Source of the DNA: Carpediemonas membranifera BICM
Taxonomy: Eukaryota > Protista > Fornicata
NCBI GenBank assembly: GCA_019828565.1
Contig: JAHDYR010000007.1
Coordinates: 169,600 to 233,599, forward strand
DNA: 64,000 bases
Direction of reading: 5' to 3'
Shown piece by piece: positions 11,460-23,730 of this stretch. Position numbers and translations under genes: made by a program. Numbering within the stretch: position 1 is the first letter of the stretch; each line of letters opens with the position of its first letter. The notes under the pieces are model-generated. The model worked only from the letters and a program-made list of their open reading frames with translations, made no database searches and was not told the origin of the DNA.

Positions 11460-14400
11460 TCAGGTCGCCCGGTAATAGGCCTTGCGCCGGGCGGCCCTGA
11501 CGAGCGGAATGAGCTCGGGGTGTGTCTCAATGTACGTGTCAAGCGCTGCAAGTTTGTCGAGGTCTCGATTGAACACCTCGTCTGTTGCCTCGCTCTGCTC
11601 GTAGCCCTGCCACGTGAGGGTCAGGATCAGGCGGCATTTCGGGTCGACGTAGTGGCCCAGCACAGACTCGACTAGGAGCTCGCCTTCGGCGGCCGCGGCG
11701 AGCTCAGCGATCTCGTCGGCAGTGAGCGAGCCATGGAGGAACGGACGGAGGCGCTCTTGGTGTACAATAAACGTATTCAAGGTCCGTAAATCCTGCAACT
11801 CGAACGTATTCGGAGTGTTCCCTGCCCCCACGACGAGGAGGGGACCGCGTACTGGTGTGTTGAGCTTGGAAACATGGCTAGTGGGCGTCAATAAGACCCA
11901 ATCGTCGGCATTAATCTGGGCGTGGTCGTTAGGGCGGTGAGCTTCCACGCTGGCGAGTTTGGCTTGTTGCCATTTTCTGAGGAGGTCTAGGCGTACTTGT
12001 AGTTTGTCGAGTAGGCTTTTCTCGTCGGTTCCTAAGGTTGCCAGCTCGTCTGTGTGGATGGGGATGCGAGAATCCCGGCCGAATAAATGCTCGACGGGGG
12101 TGAGTCCGCTGAGAGTATAGGCTGACTCGTTAATCAGTCGCATGGCGTGGGGAAGCAGGCGGGGCCAGCTGCTGTTGGCTGCCCTGTTGTCGAGCAGCAG
12201 GCAGCGCAGGTGCTTGATGATGCCGGCGTTCGCTCGCTCCACAATACCGTTACTGGCGGGCCGGTACGGTGTGCTGAAGTGATGCGGAATAGAGTAGGCG
12301 GCGGTGACTTGGGCTACTAGCTCGTTGCGATACTGCGAGCCGTTGTCGGTTTGGATAACTCTTGGTCGGCCGAAGTGGGCGGACCAGTCGGTGAGGGCCT
12401 CAGCGGCGGACTGGGAATCGGTGGTTCGGGCTGGGTAGAGCTTGGTGAACTTCGTGAACGTGTCCATGGCCACAATGATGTACTTGAAGCCATCTGGGCT
12501 CGTCGGGAGTGGCCCCAGAGTATCAAGTTGTACCACGCCAAAGGGCTCTTCTGCGGCGGTGCGGTGTTGCTGGTAAGCCGGTGGACGGGTGGAACGTTGC
12601 AGTTGGCACGTGGGGCACTGCTTAAATTATGTACGCACGTCGGCGACCATGCCGCGCCAGCCTCCGTACGTGTCGCGGATGCGACGGACGGTCTCCTTGT
12701 ATCCGAAGTGACCTTCACTGCCGCCGTGAACGGAGGAGATGATCTTGTGGTGGTCATCGTCGGACAGGATCAGCAAGCGACTGAGGGTGTCCGCACAGCC
12801 ATTATCCTTGCCCGCTACGTGAAGGACTGTGAAGTCGTAGCTGTCTACGGCGAGGCGCCAGCGTCTGACTTTGGGATTGATGGACGTGGCCATCCAGACG
12901 AGGTTTCTGTGGTCTGTATGCGCGGTAAAGTGCACGGCCATCAGGTTCTTCGCGAATTTGTCTACGGCGCTGACAAGGGCGAACATCTCTTTTTCTATCG
13001 TGGCCCACCGACGTTGAGTGGATGTGAGGGTCTTAGAAAAGTACTGGACGGGCGTGAGTCTCGTTTGACTGTCAGGACGCCGCCAATACCTATATCCGAG
13101 GCGTCGGTGAACAGGTGGAGGTCGTCGCCTGGCCTGGGGTGCGTCAGAATCTTACCTGACGTGAGCTCTTGCTTGATCTTACTCAGTGCTGTCTCTTGGG
13201 GCTCGCCCCAGGTGAAGGGCACGCCAGAACGTGTGAGATCGATGAGTGGTTCTGCGATATCTGCGAAGGCGGGGATCGTCGGGCGGAAGTAGTTGACCAT
13301 GCCCAATACGGTTCTCACCTCACTGACGTTCGTGGGAGCGCGCATGGCGAGGACTGGTTCCAGCCTCTCTGGGGCAATGCTGTGCCCAGTTGGCGTGACG
13401 TGCCACCCGAGATAGTCAATCTCGTGGGCGGCGAGGATCGTTTTCTTCAAGTTAACGCGGACGTTGGCGTCGTCGAGACGCTCGAGCACGCTGCGGAGGT
13501 TCTTGAGGAATTCGGAACGGGTCTTACCCATGACGACGATGTCGTCGATGTACACCAGGGCGGCCGTGAACAGGTCGGCACCCATTACCTTTTCCAGGGC
13601 ACGCTGCATGTGGATAGCGGCGTTGCGTAGGCCGAATGGCATCCTGCAGTAGTGGTACTTGTGGTTGTCGGCGATAAAGGCGGTGTACTGCCGGGATTCC
13701 GGGTCCAGTGGGACCTGGAGGAAGGCCTTTGACAGGTCGAGTGTGGCGTAGTACGCCGAGCCTTCGAGCTGATCAAGTAGGTCCTCGATAAGCGGCAGGG
13801 GGTGCTCGTCTGGCGCTGTTACGTCGTTAAGACGGCGGAAGTCCAGGCACAAGCGGATGCTGTTGTCGTGTTTGACTACAGCAACGATGGGGCTGTTGTA
13901 GGGGCTATCTGATGACTCTATTATGCCCAAGTCGAGCTGCTGGCTTGTCTGCAGGCGTATTTCATTTTGGACTGCCAGGTAATAGCGGTACGGAGGCGTG
14001 TTAGTCGTTTTCCCCTCAGTTAGATGAATCTTGAAGGCTTCCAGGGCTGAAGGCTCACTGGACAGCGGTTCAAAGACCCTATGATGTTCTTCGACGATTT
14101 TGGTGACCTCCTCGCGGAGGGAAGGGATCTGAACGTTGAGTTCAAGCGGCTCCTCTTCAAGCAGATTAAAATCCACTTCACTGCCTTCGTCGGGTTCTTC
14201 CGCGACGATGTCTGACCCCACGTTAAAAGTGACCAGGCCCAGCTCGAGGGAGGAGGGTAGGCCGAAGATGATGTCGTAAGGTAGGTGTCGCAGGACGAGG
14301 AACTGGTCAATGACCGAGAGTTTGTGGCCAGTTCTGGAGCGGCCAAGGCTCATCTCGATGGTGCAGATGGCCTCGACGTTGACTGCTTGTCCGCTTCCCA

Positions 14401-14614
14401 CACGGACGCGGCCTGAGTAAGGTCGCATGGGCAGCCCTAGTGTCGTCACGAGTACGTGAGACACGATGTTTGCCGTGGCGCCAGAATCAATCAGTGCGCT
14501 GCTGTGTGATACCTGGTGATCGTGCTGGATCTCTACCTCAATCTCGGCAGAGGCAGAAGACTTCCGTCCCGCTCGATCAGTCGCCATAACGTCGCCATAA
14601 CGAGATGGTGACAC
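11460..14614 (-). mobile_element. Ty3/Gypsy pol (PR-RT-RH-IN-chromodomain), frameshifted, gag missing
   Basis: IDSGA, YIDD, TDAS, TDHRNL, ADTLSR, DTLGP/TDNG/NGIVER, RGPL, LLVESVLGH..WQGY. Confidence 0.92.
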
Positions 14615-14648
14615 GCTTCAACAACGAGAGCCTGGATCAATAAACCAT

Positions 14649-15386
14649 TTACAGCCACCAGTAGCCGCACTGGAAGTTCACTGTCGGTCTTCCGAGCGGA
14701 CAGTCACCGAAGGTGCGGTAGAGGTCGGTTACTGTGGGCGTTATCCTTTGCTTGGCGATGTTGCGGAGTACCCAAGCAAACACTTGCTCGCACGGGTTCA
14801 GGACAGGCGAGTATGCCGGCATATACAGTATGCGGCATCTGGTGTCAGAGTAGAACTTGTGTACTGGCGCATTGTCCATGATAAGGACGATTCTGCGTGA
14901 ACTGAACGTGGACTGGATCCATTGTTCCATGTAAGCTGTGAACTTGCACGCATCAATTGTGTCACCAGCACCAGACACAAAGATCTTCTGAACGCCATCT
15001 ATGTTGAAGAAGAGCAACACGGAGCGCGAATGAGTTAAAGACCCGGTGTGTTTGGTGTTCACGTACGTCTCGCCAATCGGAGACCAGCCCTTTCGCCTCC
15101 ATACTGAACGAGCTTTGGATGAGATCCACAATCTCTTCAAGGAAGTAGTCTCTCTGAGGGACTGCTCTTTGCAAAAACTTCCTCACCTCTGCCGCACGGA
15201 ATTCCTGTGGGCGCTTCATCCTCTCTCCTCCTTCTCATCGCCGTCCATGAAGGACAAACGCTTGCGCACATTGGAAACGCTGCCTTGGCCGAACACACGG
15301 CGGCAGGTTCTGGTGATTTCGGAAGGACCTTGGCCTTCGGAGCTCATAGAAGCTATCAAGCTCAGCATCTGTGGCGGATAAACCAT
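14649..15386 (-). mobile_element. Degenerate IS630/Tc1-like transposase, relative of 7587..8243
   Basis: WRRKGWS..KHTGSLT shared with the 7587 ORF; IMDNAPVH, MPAYSPVLNPCE. First Asp region missing; N-terminal part frameshifted. Confidence 0.8.
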
Positions 15387-15654
15387 TATGAATCCTGAGC
15401 GCCTCTCGAATTACTCAAACAAACCAATAAGCCTTATTGCTAAATTCAGGGAAAATCGACCACTGTTCAGATTTTTATGAGCTGAATTAAGTAAAAACAG
15501 ATGAATTTTTAGCTAAAATCAACCGTTTTAAGCGCTTAATTCGGTTGATTTTCGCTCAAAAGTCAGCTTTGCGCAATGTATTCTGAAGACCTAAGGTGGC
15601 GCTGTGTGTTTCTAGCCACCATATGGATGGTCCTTTCGAGAAATAGCCTTAGTT

Positions 15655-16549
15655 ATGCACATTCAGAGCCATACAACTATCAGCCAATGGGTTTCACGAG
15701 CTGAAAAGACAGGAAGTGTTCGTCATACTGACAGAGACAAGCGAAAGCCTCAAGTACCGATGGAAGTCATTGTTTACCTTACAGAGCTGATTAGATCAGA
15801 TCCCTGTTTCTATTTGGACGAGCTTCGAGATAAGATCGTTCACAAGTTCAACCGAAAGATCTCCACCGCCACAGTGTGGCGCATACTACGCTTCAGCTTG
15901 AACATGACACGGAAGAGCCTCGAAAGACGAGCCACACAAGCAACAAGCATGCAGTTTGCCCGGTTTAGTGCCGAGCTCAACGCCGTTTACCACTGTCAGG
16001 ATCAGCTTATATTTGCTGACGAGACGGCAAAAAGACCTTCGTGCTGGGATTAGGCTTCGCGGCTGGGCCACTGTTGGCCAGAGATGCAAAGTCACTCTGC
16101 CTTTCTCCCGCGGCCAGAGGTATAGTGTGTGCGCATGGCTGGGTCATGACGGCATACTAGGGCATACAATAACGCCAGGGACATTCGACAGGCAGCTATT
16201 CTACGACTCCTTTATCGCCAATGTGTATTACAAAATGAATCCATGGCCTGGGCCACGGTCGATCTTAATGCTCGACAACGCCTCAATTCACCACTTTCCT
16301 CAGTTGCAGCAATGTATCGACAACATTGGCGCCAAGATGATCTTTCTGCCCCCATACAGTCCGCACCTTAATCCCATAGAGGTCATGTTCTCCATCATCA
16401 AGTCTCGCATACAGAGAGATCAAGCTGCTTTTGCTCAAGCTCCAGCATCCACACTGAGCAGGCTCTTCGCTGAAGTGACCAACAGTCAATCACACCTTTT
16501 CAGCTCCCATGGCTACCACGACGGGCAGCTGGACATACACTTCAGATAA
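15655..16549 (+). mobile_element. IS630/Tc1-like transposase (HTH + DDE) with a +1 frameshift at A-run ~16030
   Basis: YLDELR..ISTATVWRIL, FADET, MLDNASIH, LPPYSPHLNPIEVMFS. Confidence 0.88.
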
Positions 16550-16558
16550 ACGCTTTAT

Positions 16559-17290
16559 TCAGTCTTCCTGGTGCTCGTAGTCGGGAATGTTGAGGCTGTT
16601 GGGCATGATAGGCGGCGGGGGACGACTGACCGGAGCTGGAGTTGTCTGGGCGCGTCTCAGTAGTGCTCGGACTTCAGTTACACGCTCATAGGGGACTGGA
16701 ACGAGGACATACGCATCCAAGTCGAAGTTGGGAGGCCGTCTAGGATGCTGAGGTGTCTCTGCAAGCTCTTGGCTCGCTTGTGGCCGCTCGTATTGAACGC
16801 CAGCCGGTGGATCAAGGGCAGTGACTCCGTCAACTCCTGACGCCAGGGAGTGAGCCCAACCCATCAGCTGAGATTCGGTCAGGCCAGGATTGGCAGCACG
16901 AAGGATCTCGCGGGCTTCATGCAAAGCCTCTCGGCCGACGAGTGCGTTTCGCGGTTGGTGGACAGGTTGAGATGAAGCTGTGGTCTTGTTGGGGTCAGCA
17001 GTCCACACATATGCCTCAGGCTTGCTGCATCTGGTGAACTTGCTCCAGGCAGCCATAGTAATGTCTTCTAAGAAGACCTTATCATTGGGAAGCTTGTAAC
17101 GTACCTGAATTCTCTGCTTTGCAACGCTCTCTGCAATGTTATACCCCTTTTCGCTGACCAAGTTGCGAATATCACGCACGAAGGCTTCCATAGCTGTCCA
17201 CTCTTGCTTCATCTGCACTATAAACGTGCAAAGTACCTTGTTACGAGACTTCTTCACCTTAATAGTAACATCCGTTCCCTCATCGTCCAT
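16559..17290 (-). CDS. Hypothetical protein convergent to the transposase
   Basis: 243-aa ATG ORF ending 9 bp from the transposase stop. Confidence 0.6.
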   Translation of the reverse strand: MDDEGTDVTIKVKKSRNKVLCTFIVQMKQEWTAMEAFVRDIRNLVSEKGYNIAESVAKQRIQVRYKLPNDKVFLEDITMAAWSKFTRCSKPEAYVWTADPNKTTASSQPVHQPRNALVGREALHEAREILRAANPGLTESQLMGWAHSLASGVDGVTALDPPAGVQYERPQASQELAETPQHPRRPPNFDLDAYVLVPVPYERVTEVRALLRRAQTTPAPVSRPPPPIMPNSLNIPDYEHQED

Positions 17291-17480
17291 CGCTCAATTC
17301 ACCTGTTTTCAGCACTCAAAACACAGTGTTTGATTGCTTAATTCAGGACTCAAAATAAACAAGCTCGTGGTTGATTTAAGGTGAAAAAAGCAATAATTTA
17401 TGCTTATTTTTGATTAAACGCACGATATATCATGTTGAAAAAAGATGATATATGATAACTAGGACATGAATGTCATATAG

Positions 17481-18179
17481 ATGAGATTGACATGCCCAAA
17501 AGTGCTCATTTTCCGACATAGACATTTGTTCAACATGAACACTAGAAACAAGTACGACGACGCATTCAAAGAAGTTCTATTCGAGCTTTTGCTTGAGAAA
17601 AAGCCTTTTTGTGCCAAATGGGGAACAGTTGGTGCCATATACGACGGTTTGTTCACTGATCTTCAACTGCGACTAGATAGAAACATGAAGCTTACTCGCG
17701 CGAAGATCGATCAGGTCATACGTCAATGTCGAGAACATCTGAAGTCCGAATATGCCGAGTTCCCAGCCATTGCTCCAGAGCAAGTCAAAGATCTAATACC
17801 GTGGCAAATGACGGCGACCAAGTACTTTGCGGAGGAAGAGGCGCACCAGCGAGAGCATGCCATCGTCGTCAAAGACAAGGCAGACAAGAAGCAGCCAGTG
17901 AAGGACGATAGCCGCCTGCTAGAGGTGTTCGACAAGGAAGACCTCAACACGTCTATGTCAGGGTCCCAAGGTCCTTCACCATCAACACAGCGAGCCAGAA
18001 AGGGCAAGCGCGACGATGTGGACGCCGTGATCGCAGCTCGGCTGGACATCGACCGGATCAAGGAGGAACGCAAGGCCCGCAAGCTCGAGCTTTATCATGA
18101 GCTAGAGCTCAAGCGCCTCGCAGCTGCGGAAGAGCAGCAGAAGCTGATGGCGCTCATCCTCGAGCGTTTAAGTAAGTAA
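17481..18179 (+). CDS. Myb/SANT-like plus coiled-coil protein (possible Harbinger-type accessory ORF)
   Basis: LFELLLEKKPF..WG..GAIYDGL N-terminus and E/R/K-rich coiled-coil C-terminus. Confidence 0.4.
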   Translation: MRLTCPKVLIFRHRHLFNMNTRNKYDDAFKEVLFELLLEKKPFCAKWGTVGAIYDGLFTDLQLRLDRNMKLTRAKIDQVIRQCREHLKSEYAEFPAIAPEQVKDLIPWQMTATKYFAEEEAHQREHAIVVKDKADKKQPVKDDSRLLEVFDKEDLNTSMSGSQGPSPSTQRARKGKRDDVDAVIAARLDIDRIKEERKARKLELYHELELKRLAAAEEQQKLMALILERLSK

Positions 18180-18429
18180 ACTGCGTGGTGCATGTTGCTT
18201 GGTGCTAGTTCGGAGAAGAAGAACGGAAGCGATTTTAAAAGGCCAATCAACTGATTATGGGGCCACAACAGTGCACTTTATGGCGAGAGTGATTGATGAC
18301 AAGCATAGCAGCGCTAGCGTACAGTTACGGCTGGATTACAGAAGAAGAGTTGCTTCAACTATCAAAGAGGCAGGCGAATTTCGGACGAGAGCGAAGAACT
18401 ATGCATTGTGCGATAAGACTTCACTTCTA

Positions 18430-19010
18430 CAGGATCGAGAGCCAGCCTTGTAGGGGAGAGCTCCCTTCTCGATGATAGCAGCATATTTCTCCGCTCTGCG
18501 GCGTGAGATCGTGAGGTTCTGCTGAGCTGCGTCCAATATCAGTCCAAGGAACTCTATCCTCTGCTGCGGAATGAGGACGGCTTTCTCGAAGTTGATGATC
18601 ATCCCAAGTTGTGCAAATGTCCTCAGTATCGGCTCTATGTTGGCTGCTAGGTGACATTTGTCTCCAATGATTAGTATGTCGTCCAAATAAACAACCACAA
18701 TCACCTTGTGTCTCTTCGCGATGATCTTCGCTGCTTGAATCATTATCGATTGGAAATAGAACGGACTTGCACACCATCCGAAGCCTAGGACGTTGTAGTG
18801 GAAGTAACCATCCCTCGTCGCAATCCCCAGAAGCGAAGAGTCCTTCTTGCATACTCCTACTTGGTTATAGCGTTGATCGACAGGCGCCGCTCGCTCTCGA
18901 ACCACCTTCTTGACCAGGTGATGCTGACTCCTTGCCTGTAGACGCTGGCCCCTGCTGCTTCGAATGAAGCGTCGGACTCGACCCTGACCGAAAAGGTCTG
19001 AGGCATGCAG
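18430..19010 (-). mobile_element. DIRS-like RT and RNase H fragments
   Basis: VLGFGWCASP, VVYLDD, GMIINFEK, EFLGL. Confidence 0.8.
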
Positions 19011-19015
19011 ACCGG

Positions 19016-19873
19016 GTGTGTCATGGGCGTCTCCAGGCGCTTGCTCCACCAAGGACTGTCTCCGAAGATACGCCGACCCTAGCCGAGCTGGTCGGCGTGA
19101 TGTGGGAGGGGTTCTTCAACTTCGTGGACTCCGCTGAGCCCTTGCTCGATGCTCTCAACGGAGGCACGCTCTACAGCGCCGGACATGACCTTGCCTGTTC
19201 CGGACCGACCGCCATTGGTCACCTTTCCCGCGTGGCCGGTGTGCTGTATGCGCGGGCCCGTCGGCAGCATGCCGCCCGTAACGCCGACACCGAGATTGTC
19301 GGTGCCTTTCTGAAGGCCTATCTCGAGTCCCGACGTGGGCTGCGTTGTCCGGATGGTTGGAGTGTTGAGCGCCAACTCAGACCGGACCTTTGGTTTGCCG
19401 TCCTGGCGGGCGGTAATCCCGATCTGTTCCGATTGGCCTTTGGCACCCTATGTCACGGCCTGGCTTGGGCTGACGTCGCCCGTGTCACCAATGCCTGGAT
19501 GCGTGCTGTTGAATCAGCTTGGGACGCTCACCCAACCTTGCCCGTGGACGAACGCCTCGCCACCGCTCTGGGCGAAGCCAACAACGGCGTAGTTGTCTTC
19601 CCAAGCTCGCTCGAACTCAACCCGGGATACGAAGTCTCTCTGCAGACTCTTCTGCGGCAGACGGTCTCCAACCCGGGTGAACGTTATCTCGTCTCGCGTG
19701 TTGTCGGACGGTTCACCGACGGTACTAACCGTCTCCTGGTCGAATACGTCGACTATGAGGACGCGCCGACCATTGTAACCCTCACGCCCGCACTTGTCGA
19801 GACGCAGAAAGTTGTTCGGCATTTTGTTGCCGCAACGCATATTCATGTGCCCTCTACCGCTCTGGCAGCCTAA
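19016..19873 (+). CDS. Antisense ORF of a Gypsy element with C-terminal chromo-like domain (5' truncated)
   Basis: Converges on the integrase stop with a 29-bp gap; RYLVSRVVG..LLVEYVDY; AATAAA at the stop. Confidence 0.6.
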   Translation: MCHGRLQALAPPRTVSEDTPTLAELVGVMWEGFFNFVDSAEPLLDALNGGTLYSAGHDLACSGPTAIGHLSRVAGVLYARARRQHAARNADTEIVGAFLKAYLESRRGLRCPDGWSVERQLRPDLWFAVLAGGNPDLFRLAFGTLCHGLAWADVARVTNAWMRAVESAWDAHPTLPVDERLATALGEANNGVVVFPSSLELNPGYEVSLQTLLRQTVSNPGERYLVSRVVGRFTDGTNRLLVEYVDYEDAPTIVTLTPALVETQKVVRHFVAATHIHVPSTALAA

Positions 19874-19902
19874 TAAATAACAACTGGATGGACTAGGGGC
19901 CT

Positions 19903-20610
19903 TTACCGCTTGGCCTTCAAGTACACATCCAACGCCTCGCACTGGCGCACATTCTCGTACGGTTCCCACGTGTCTTCCGACGGTTCATAGCCTGCCCAAC
20001 GCACGAGATATTGTCTGTCTGAGACCTTGCGTTCGTCAGACGCCCCGATGATGGCCTCGACGACGTATTCCGACTCTGTTGTTGCGGCCAATGTTTGAGC
20101 CATCGACTGAGATAGCTCGCCTTCGAATGCTCGCACTCGTTCGGACACGACTTGGAACTCGTGCTTCGTGTTCACGTCTTGCACAACGTAGGCTATCGTC
20201 AGTCGGTCGCGAACGACAGGTCGAATCAAACGCATCGGCCCGCGCCAGCCAGCTGCTAGTTTCGAAGGTGCCTTGGACGGGTACTTGACGAGTACATACT
20301 CCGATGTGATCTGCGTCTGCTCACCGACTCTCGCCCTAGCGTCGTCCGTCATCGTCTTGATCCTCGCTTCCGCCAGCTGCCGGGCTATCCGTGCGGCCTC
20401 CAAGTTACTCTCAGGCTGCGAAACCTCGTCTGCCGATATGGCGTCTGTGACGTATAGTTGTCCTGGCACTCTGAAGTCGGACCCGAAGATGATCTCTGCC
20501 GGGGATAGGCGTGTTGGGGCATGGGGAGCGGCATTGACGATGAACTGAGCCACAGGTAAGCAATCCGGCCAGGATTCCGTCTGTAGTTGGTACTTCCTCG
20601 CTTTCAGGAT
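19903..20610 (-). mobile_element. Gypsy integrase C-terminus plus chromodomain fragment
   Basis: Close paralog of the 24118..26253 C-terminus; EYVVEAII..YLVRWAGYEPSEDTWEPYEN. Confidence 0.9.
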
Positions 20611-21270
20611 GCGTAGAACGAAAGGCTTGCGGCAGATTGGCTGGAAGGTGCCCAACGTCAAGCCAGCGTCGAACAGGGAAAGCATGGCCAATAGCCAGGG
20701 AGACCCTGACACAGGCCGCGGTGCAAGCAGGCAAGAGCGCCACACCAGCATTGACTCAAGCAATAGCTTTCAGGCTGGTCGGGTTCGCGACAATATCTCG
20801 GTCGGGGGAGATACGGGGGCTCTCAACATCAGACGTCGAACGACACGGCAGGGACATCACCATCACCATACGACGCTCCAAGACATCGGATGAACCCATG
20901 CTAAAGCTGGTCCCTAACGTCCCCGGAGACGACAACCCGGCAGACTGGCTTGCGAGACATATGGAAAACCTCCCAGATGAAGGACCCCTGTGGCGCTCAT
21001 TCGAGGCCAGAGACGCGCTGATCAAGGACAACAGGTCCTCCCTGATGAACAGAGACCACCCCTGGAGAAGATGGGAGATGTCCATGGACCTAGAGGAGGT
21101 GCTGCGCGCGTCGGGCCACTCATTCCGGAGAGGAGGCGCAGTCCACATGATGAAGATGTGTAGCCCCAGCAGTGATCCAAGCAATCGGGGGCTGGAAACA
21201 GCTCGACTCGATGCAGACCTACGTCAGTGAAGCCGTGCGCCTCTCCACGAGCGCTTGGGTGTAGAAGGAC
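20610..21270 (+). mobile_element. DIRS-like tyrosine recombinase fragment
   Basis: TISRSGEI, RRSKT, GHSFRRGG. Confidence 0.8.
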
Positions 21271-22069
21271 GAGAAAGACGGATAATACATAGAATATGAT
21301 TGAATAAGGCCCCAATAGACTGTACAATAGGCCATGTAAGAGTTAAAGATACGATAGAGAGCAGAAGAGAAGGCGGGAGAAAGGAGAAACCGCGGCAGAT
21401 TGTCACAAATGGTTAATAAGATCGATATAACGAAGACTATCGAAGAATTGGCCGGAGAGAGTGAGAAAATGCCGGCGAATGGAAATGGCCAAAACCGCGC
21501 ACAAAGAATGACTATCAGGCTGTGAAAATTTGTGCCTGAGAGATGGGCATCAATAGCATGCTTGGAGGCACAGGAGACCATAGAAATAATTTCTGAAGAG
21601 AAAATTTTTATTATATGATGGCGGGATACATCAATTGGAGACTTCGACCGTAGTCGACTGCAAGTCGCGAGAGAAACAGATTCAGTCTCACCTGTCTCGA
21701 GCTACCAGATTCGAATCGTGGTTCGGTGCCATCTCTATAGCTTATTCCTTTGCCCTTCGTCCGAACTGACTTGCTCGGAGTTGATCTCGATCCTCTTCGC
21801 GGAATCGAAACAGTAAATCGAACCGTATCCGGCGCAGGACCCCTACGTCCAATTGAAGGCGTGCCCCGCCAGTCTGACATGCAGACATTGGGTATGTCAA
21901 ATGTGATATAAACCCATGGGGAGTCCCGGTCGCCAACAACATAAAACTCTCTCAAAATTTATCGCGACCACACTTGGTCCACGCGATAGGGCCCGGTCGA
22001 GGGCGAGGTAGCCTCCCCAGACCACCTGCCCCGACCGATGGGCCCCTTTGCTGCTCTCTTGCAGTCTTA

Positions 22070-23715
22070 TTATTCGAACTTGATCTCGTCTGGCAGCCCC
22101 TGTGCCATGAGCGGTGTGAAGCACTTGGCTGACGTCGCGAGGTCAAGTCTCATCGTGTCGTCAATATACCGGAGCATCGAATTGATGTCGGCCCATGTAC
22201 CCTTGGCTGCGACTACGTGAGGGGAAACGCCAGCCAGGACTAGGTCGGCGGCTGAGCCGCGCCTAAGCCCGTGAGCCCGGATGCTGACTCTGTGGAAGAC
22301 GCCAGCCATGTAGTCTCCAAGTAGGTCGAAGGAGATGGGCGTGGATGAGAGCGAGCCATCGACACGCGGCGCACGCCAGATAGATTCGTTCAGATCAGAT
22401 TGAGGGAGGTTCTGAATGTGACGGGCCAGCCACAGCGCAGGGGAAAGCGGGTGACCCCGCACGTCCGGTACGAGCTTGAGCACGTTAGACCTCCCAGTCT
22501 TGGTCGCCTGAATACGGATCGTTATACCGCGAGCGCCCGCGGGCTTCACGTCTCCTCCTGTCAACCCGAAGATCTCGCCAGGTCTTGAGGCCGTCGAGTA
22601 GGCCACTAGTGAGAAGGCGAAGGCTTGCACCCACGTCTTCGGAAGGGGGCCGGAGACGGCTGCCTCTGACAGTGCCTTGTGGAAGAGTGGCAGTCTTATG
22701 GGTGGGGCCTGACCGATCGGCTTGCCGGCTGCGCCCTTGGCGGCCTCCTTAATGGCCGGACGGAAGTGTTCAGGGAGCTGGATGCCCAAGATGTCGGGCC
22801 CATGAGTGATGATGAGCTGGGCCTTCCGCATGATCGTGGTTTCGCTGCAGGAGGCTCTCTGCTGCCGCACCCAGGTAGCTACCTGCTCTACCGTGGGTGT
22901 TGTTGAGGTAAGGTGACCGTGGGTCTCGACCGTCGAGAGGCTCTGATATACGGGCGAGCTTTGCTAGCACTCGCGGGAGCATGGCCCAGGGAGGCGCCAT
23001 GAAGACCCTGAGGCCCGACCAGTTTGACTGGAGGCCTTGGTCTGAGAACGAGTTGGACTTCTCCGTGAAGCCTGGGAGAAGGAGGTCTTTGGTCGGATGA
23101 CCCGTGACATCGACCTGTACGGGGCCCCAGGCGTCCATGATCCAGGACAGTATGCCCCTTGGGGTCCTCCAGTGCAGGCGCTCGAAGCGAGACAGGGCAT
23201 CTGCTGTGACATTGAGGTGCCCTTGTGCTTGGACCGCCCTGACGGAGATAGACTTGCTTGCTAGGACTGGCCACAGCTGCTGCACTCGGGCTATGACGGA
23301 CTGAGGTGCTCTCGTGGACCCCTGCCTGTTGATCCAGCTGACAGCGGCCGACGAGTCCGAGAAGATCGTGGCCTCGCGCCCGGACGCCGCCTCGTCCTGA
23401 GTTAGCATCTCTAGGGCCTCGCATGCTGCTAGAAACTCCACCTCTGTGATGTGCTTGGAGGAAGACGCGTGGATTTGTCTGGCGAAGGCTTTGTCTGGCT
23501 GTCCGGGCCTCCTGATCACGGCTCCTATGGAGCTCTGGGCGGCGTCGGAAGCTACCGTGATGTCCATGGCTTCTCTCAGACCCCAAAGAGACGCTAGGTC
23601 GTCGAATGATCTGGTAGGCGACTCGCGGGAGATATGGTGGGCCCACTCGCTCAGGGCCGCGAGGGTCTGGGCTTCTAGGCCTTGCTTGTGTGTCTGGAGA
23701 GAGCGTAGCCATGCA
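22070..23715 (-). mobile_element. DIRS-like fragment: RNase H, adenine-methyltransferase-like domain and YR
   Basis: ASDAA, HITEVE, FSDS, ADALSR; WGPVQVD..WSGLRVFMAPPW; YR motifs ASRPGE, AHGLRRG, GTW..MLRY. Confidence 0.85.
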
Positions 23716-23730
23716 CGGCCGTCCGGCCAT

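Noticed and set aside
12351-13630. Antisense ORFs over Gypsy, DIRS and RLE coding regions (e.g. 12351..13292)
   Set aside because: Shadow ORFs of GC-rich coding strands with no motifs.
16020-16050. Programmed frameshift in the IS630-like transposase
   Set aside because: The shift needed is +1 at a short A run, and similar single-base extras in homopolymers occur throughout the window, so error or decay is simpler.
20610-23000. Prophage or bacterial integrase origin of the tyrosine recombinases
   Set aside because: They are linked to gag/RT/RNase H of DIRS type, and the surrounding context is eukaryotic.
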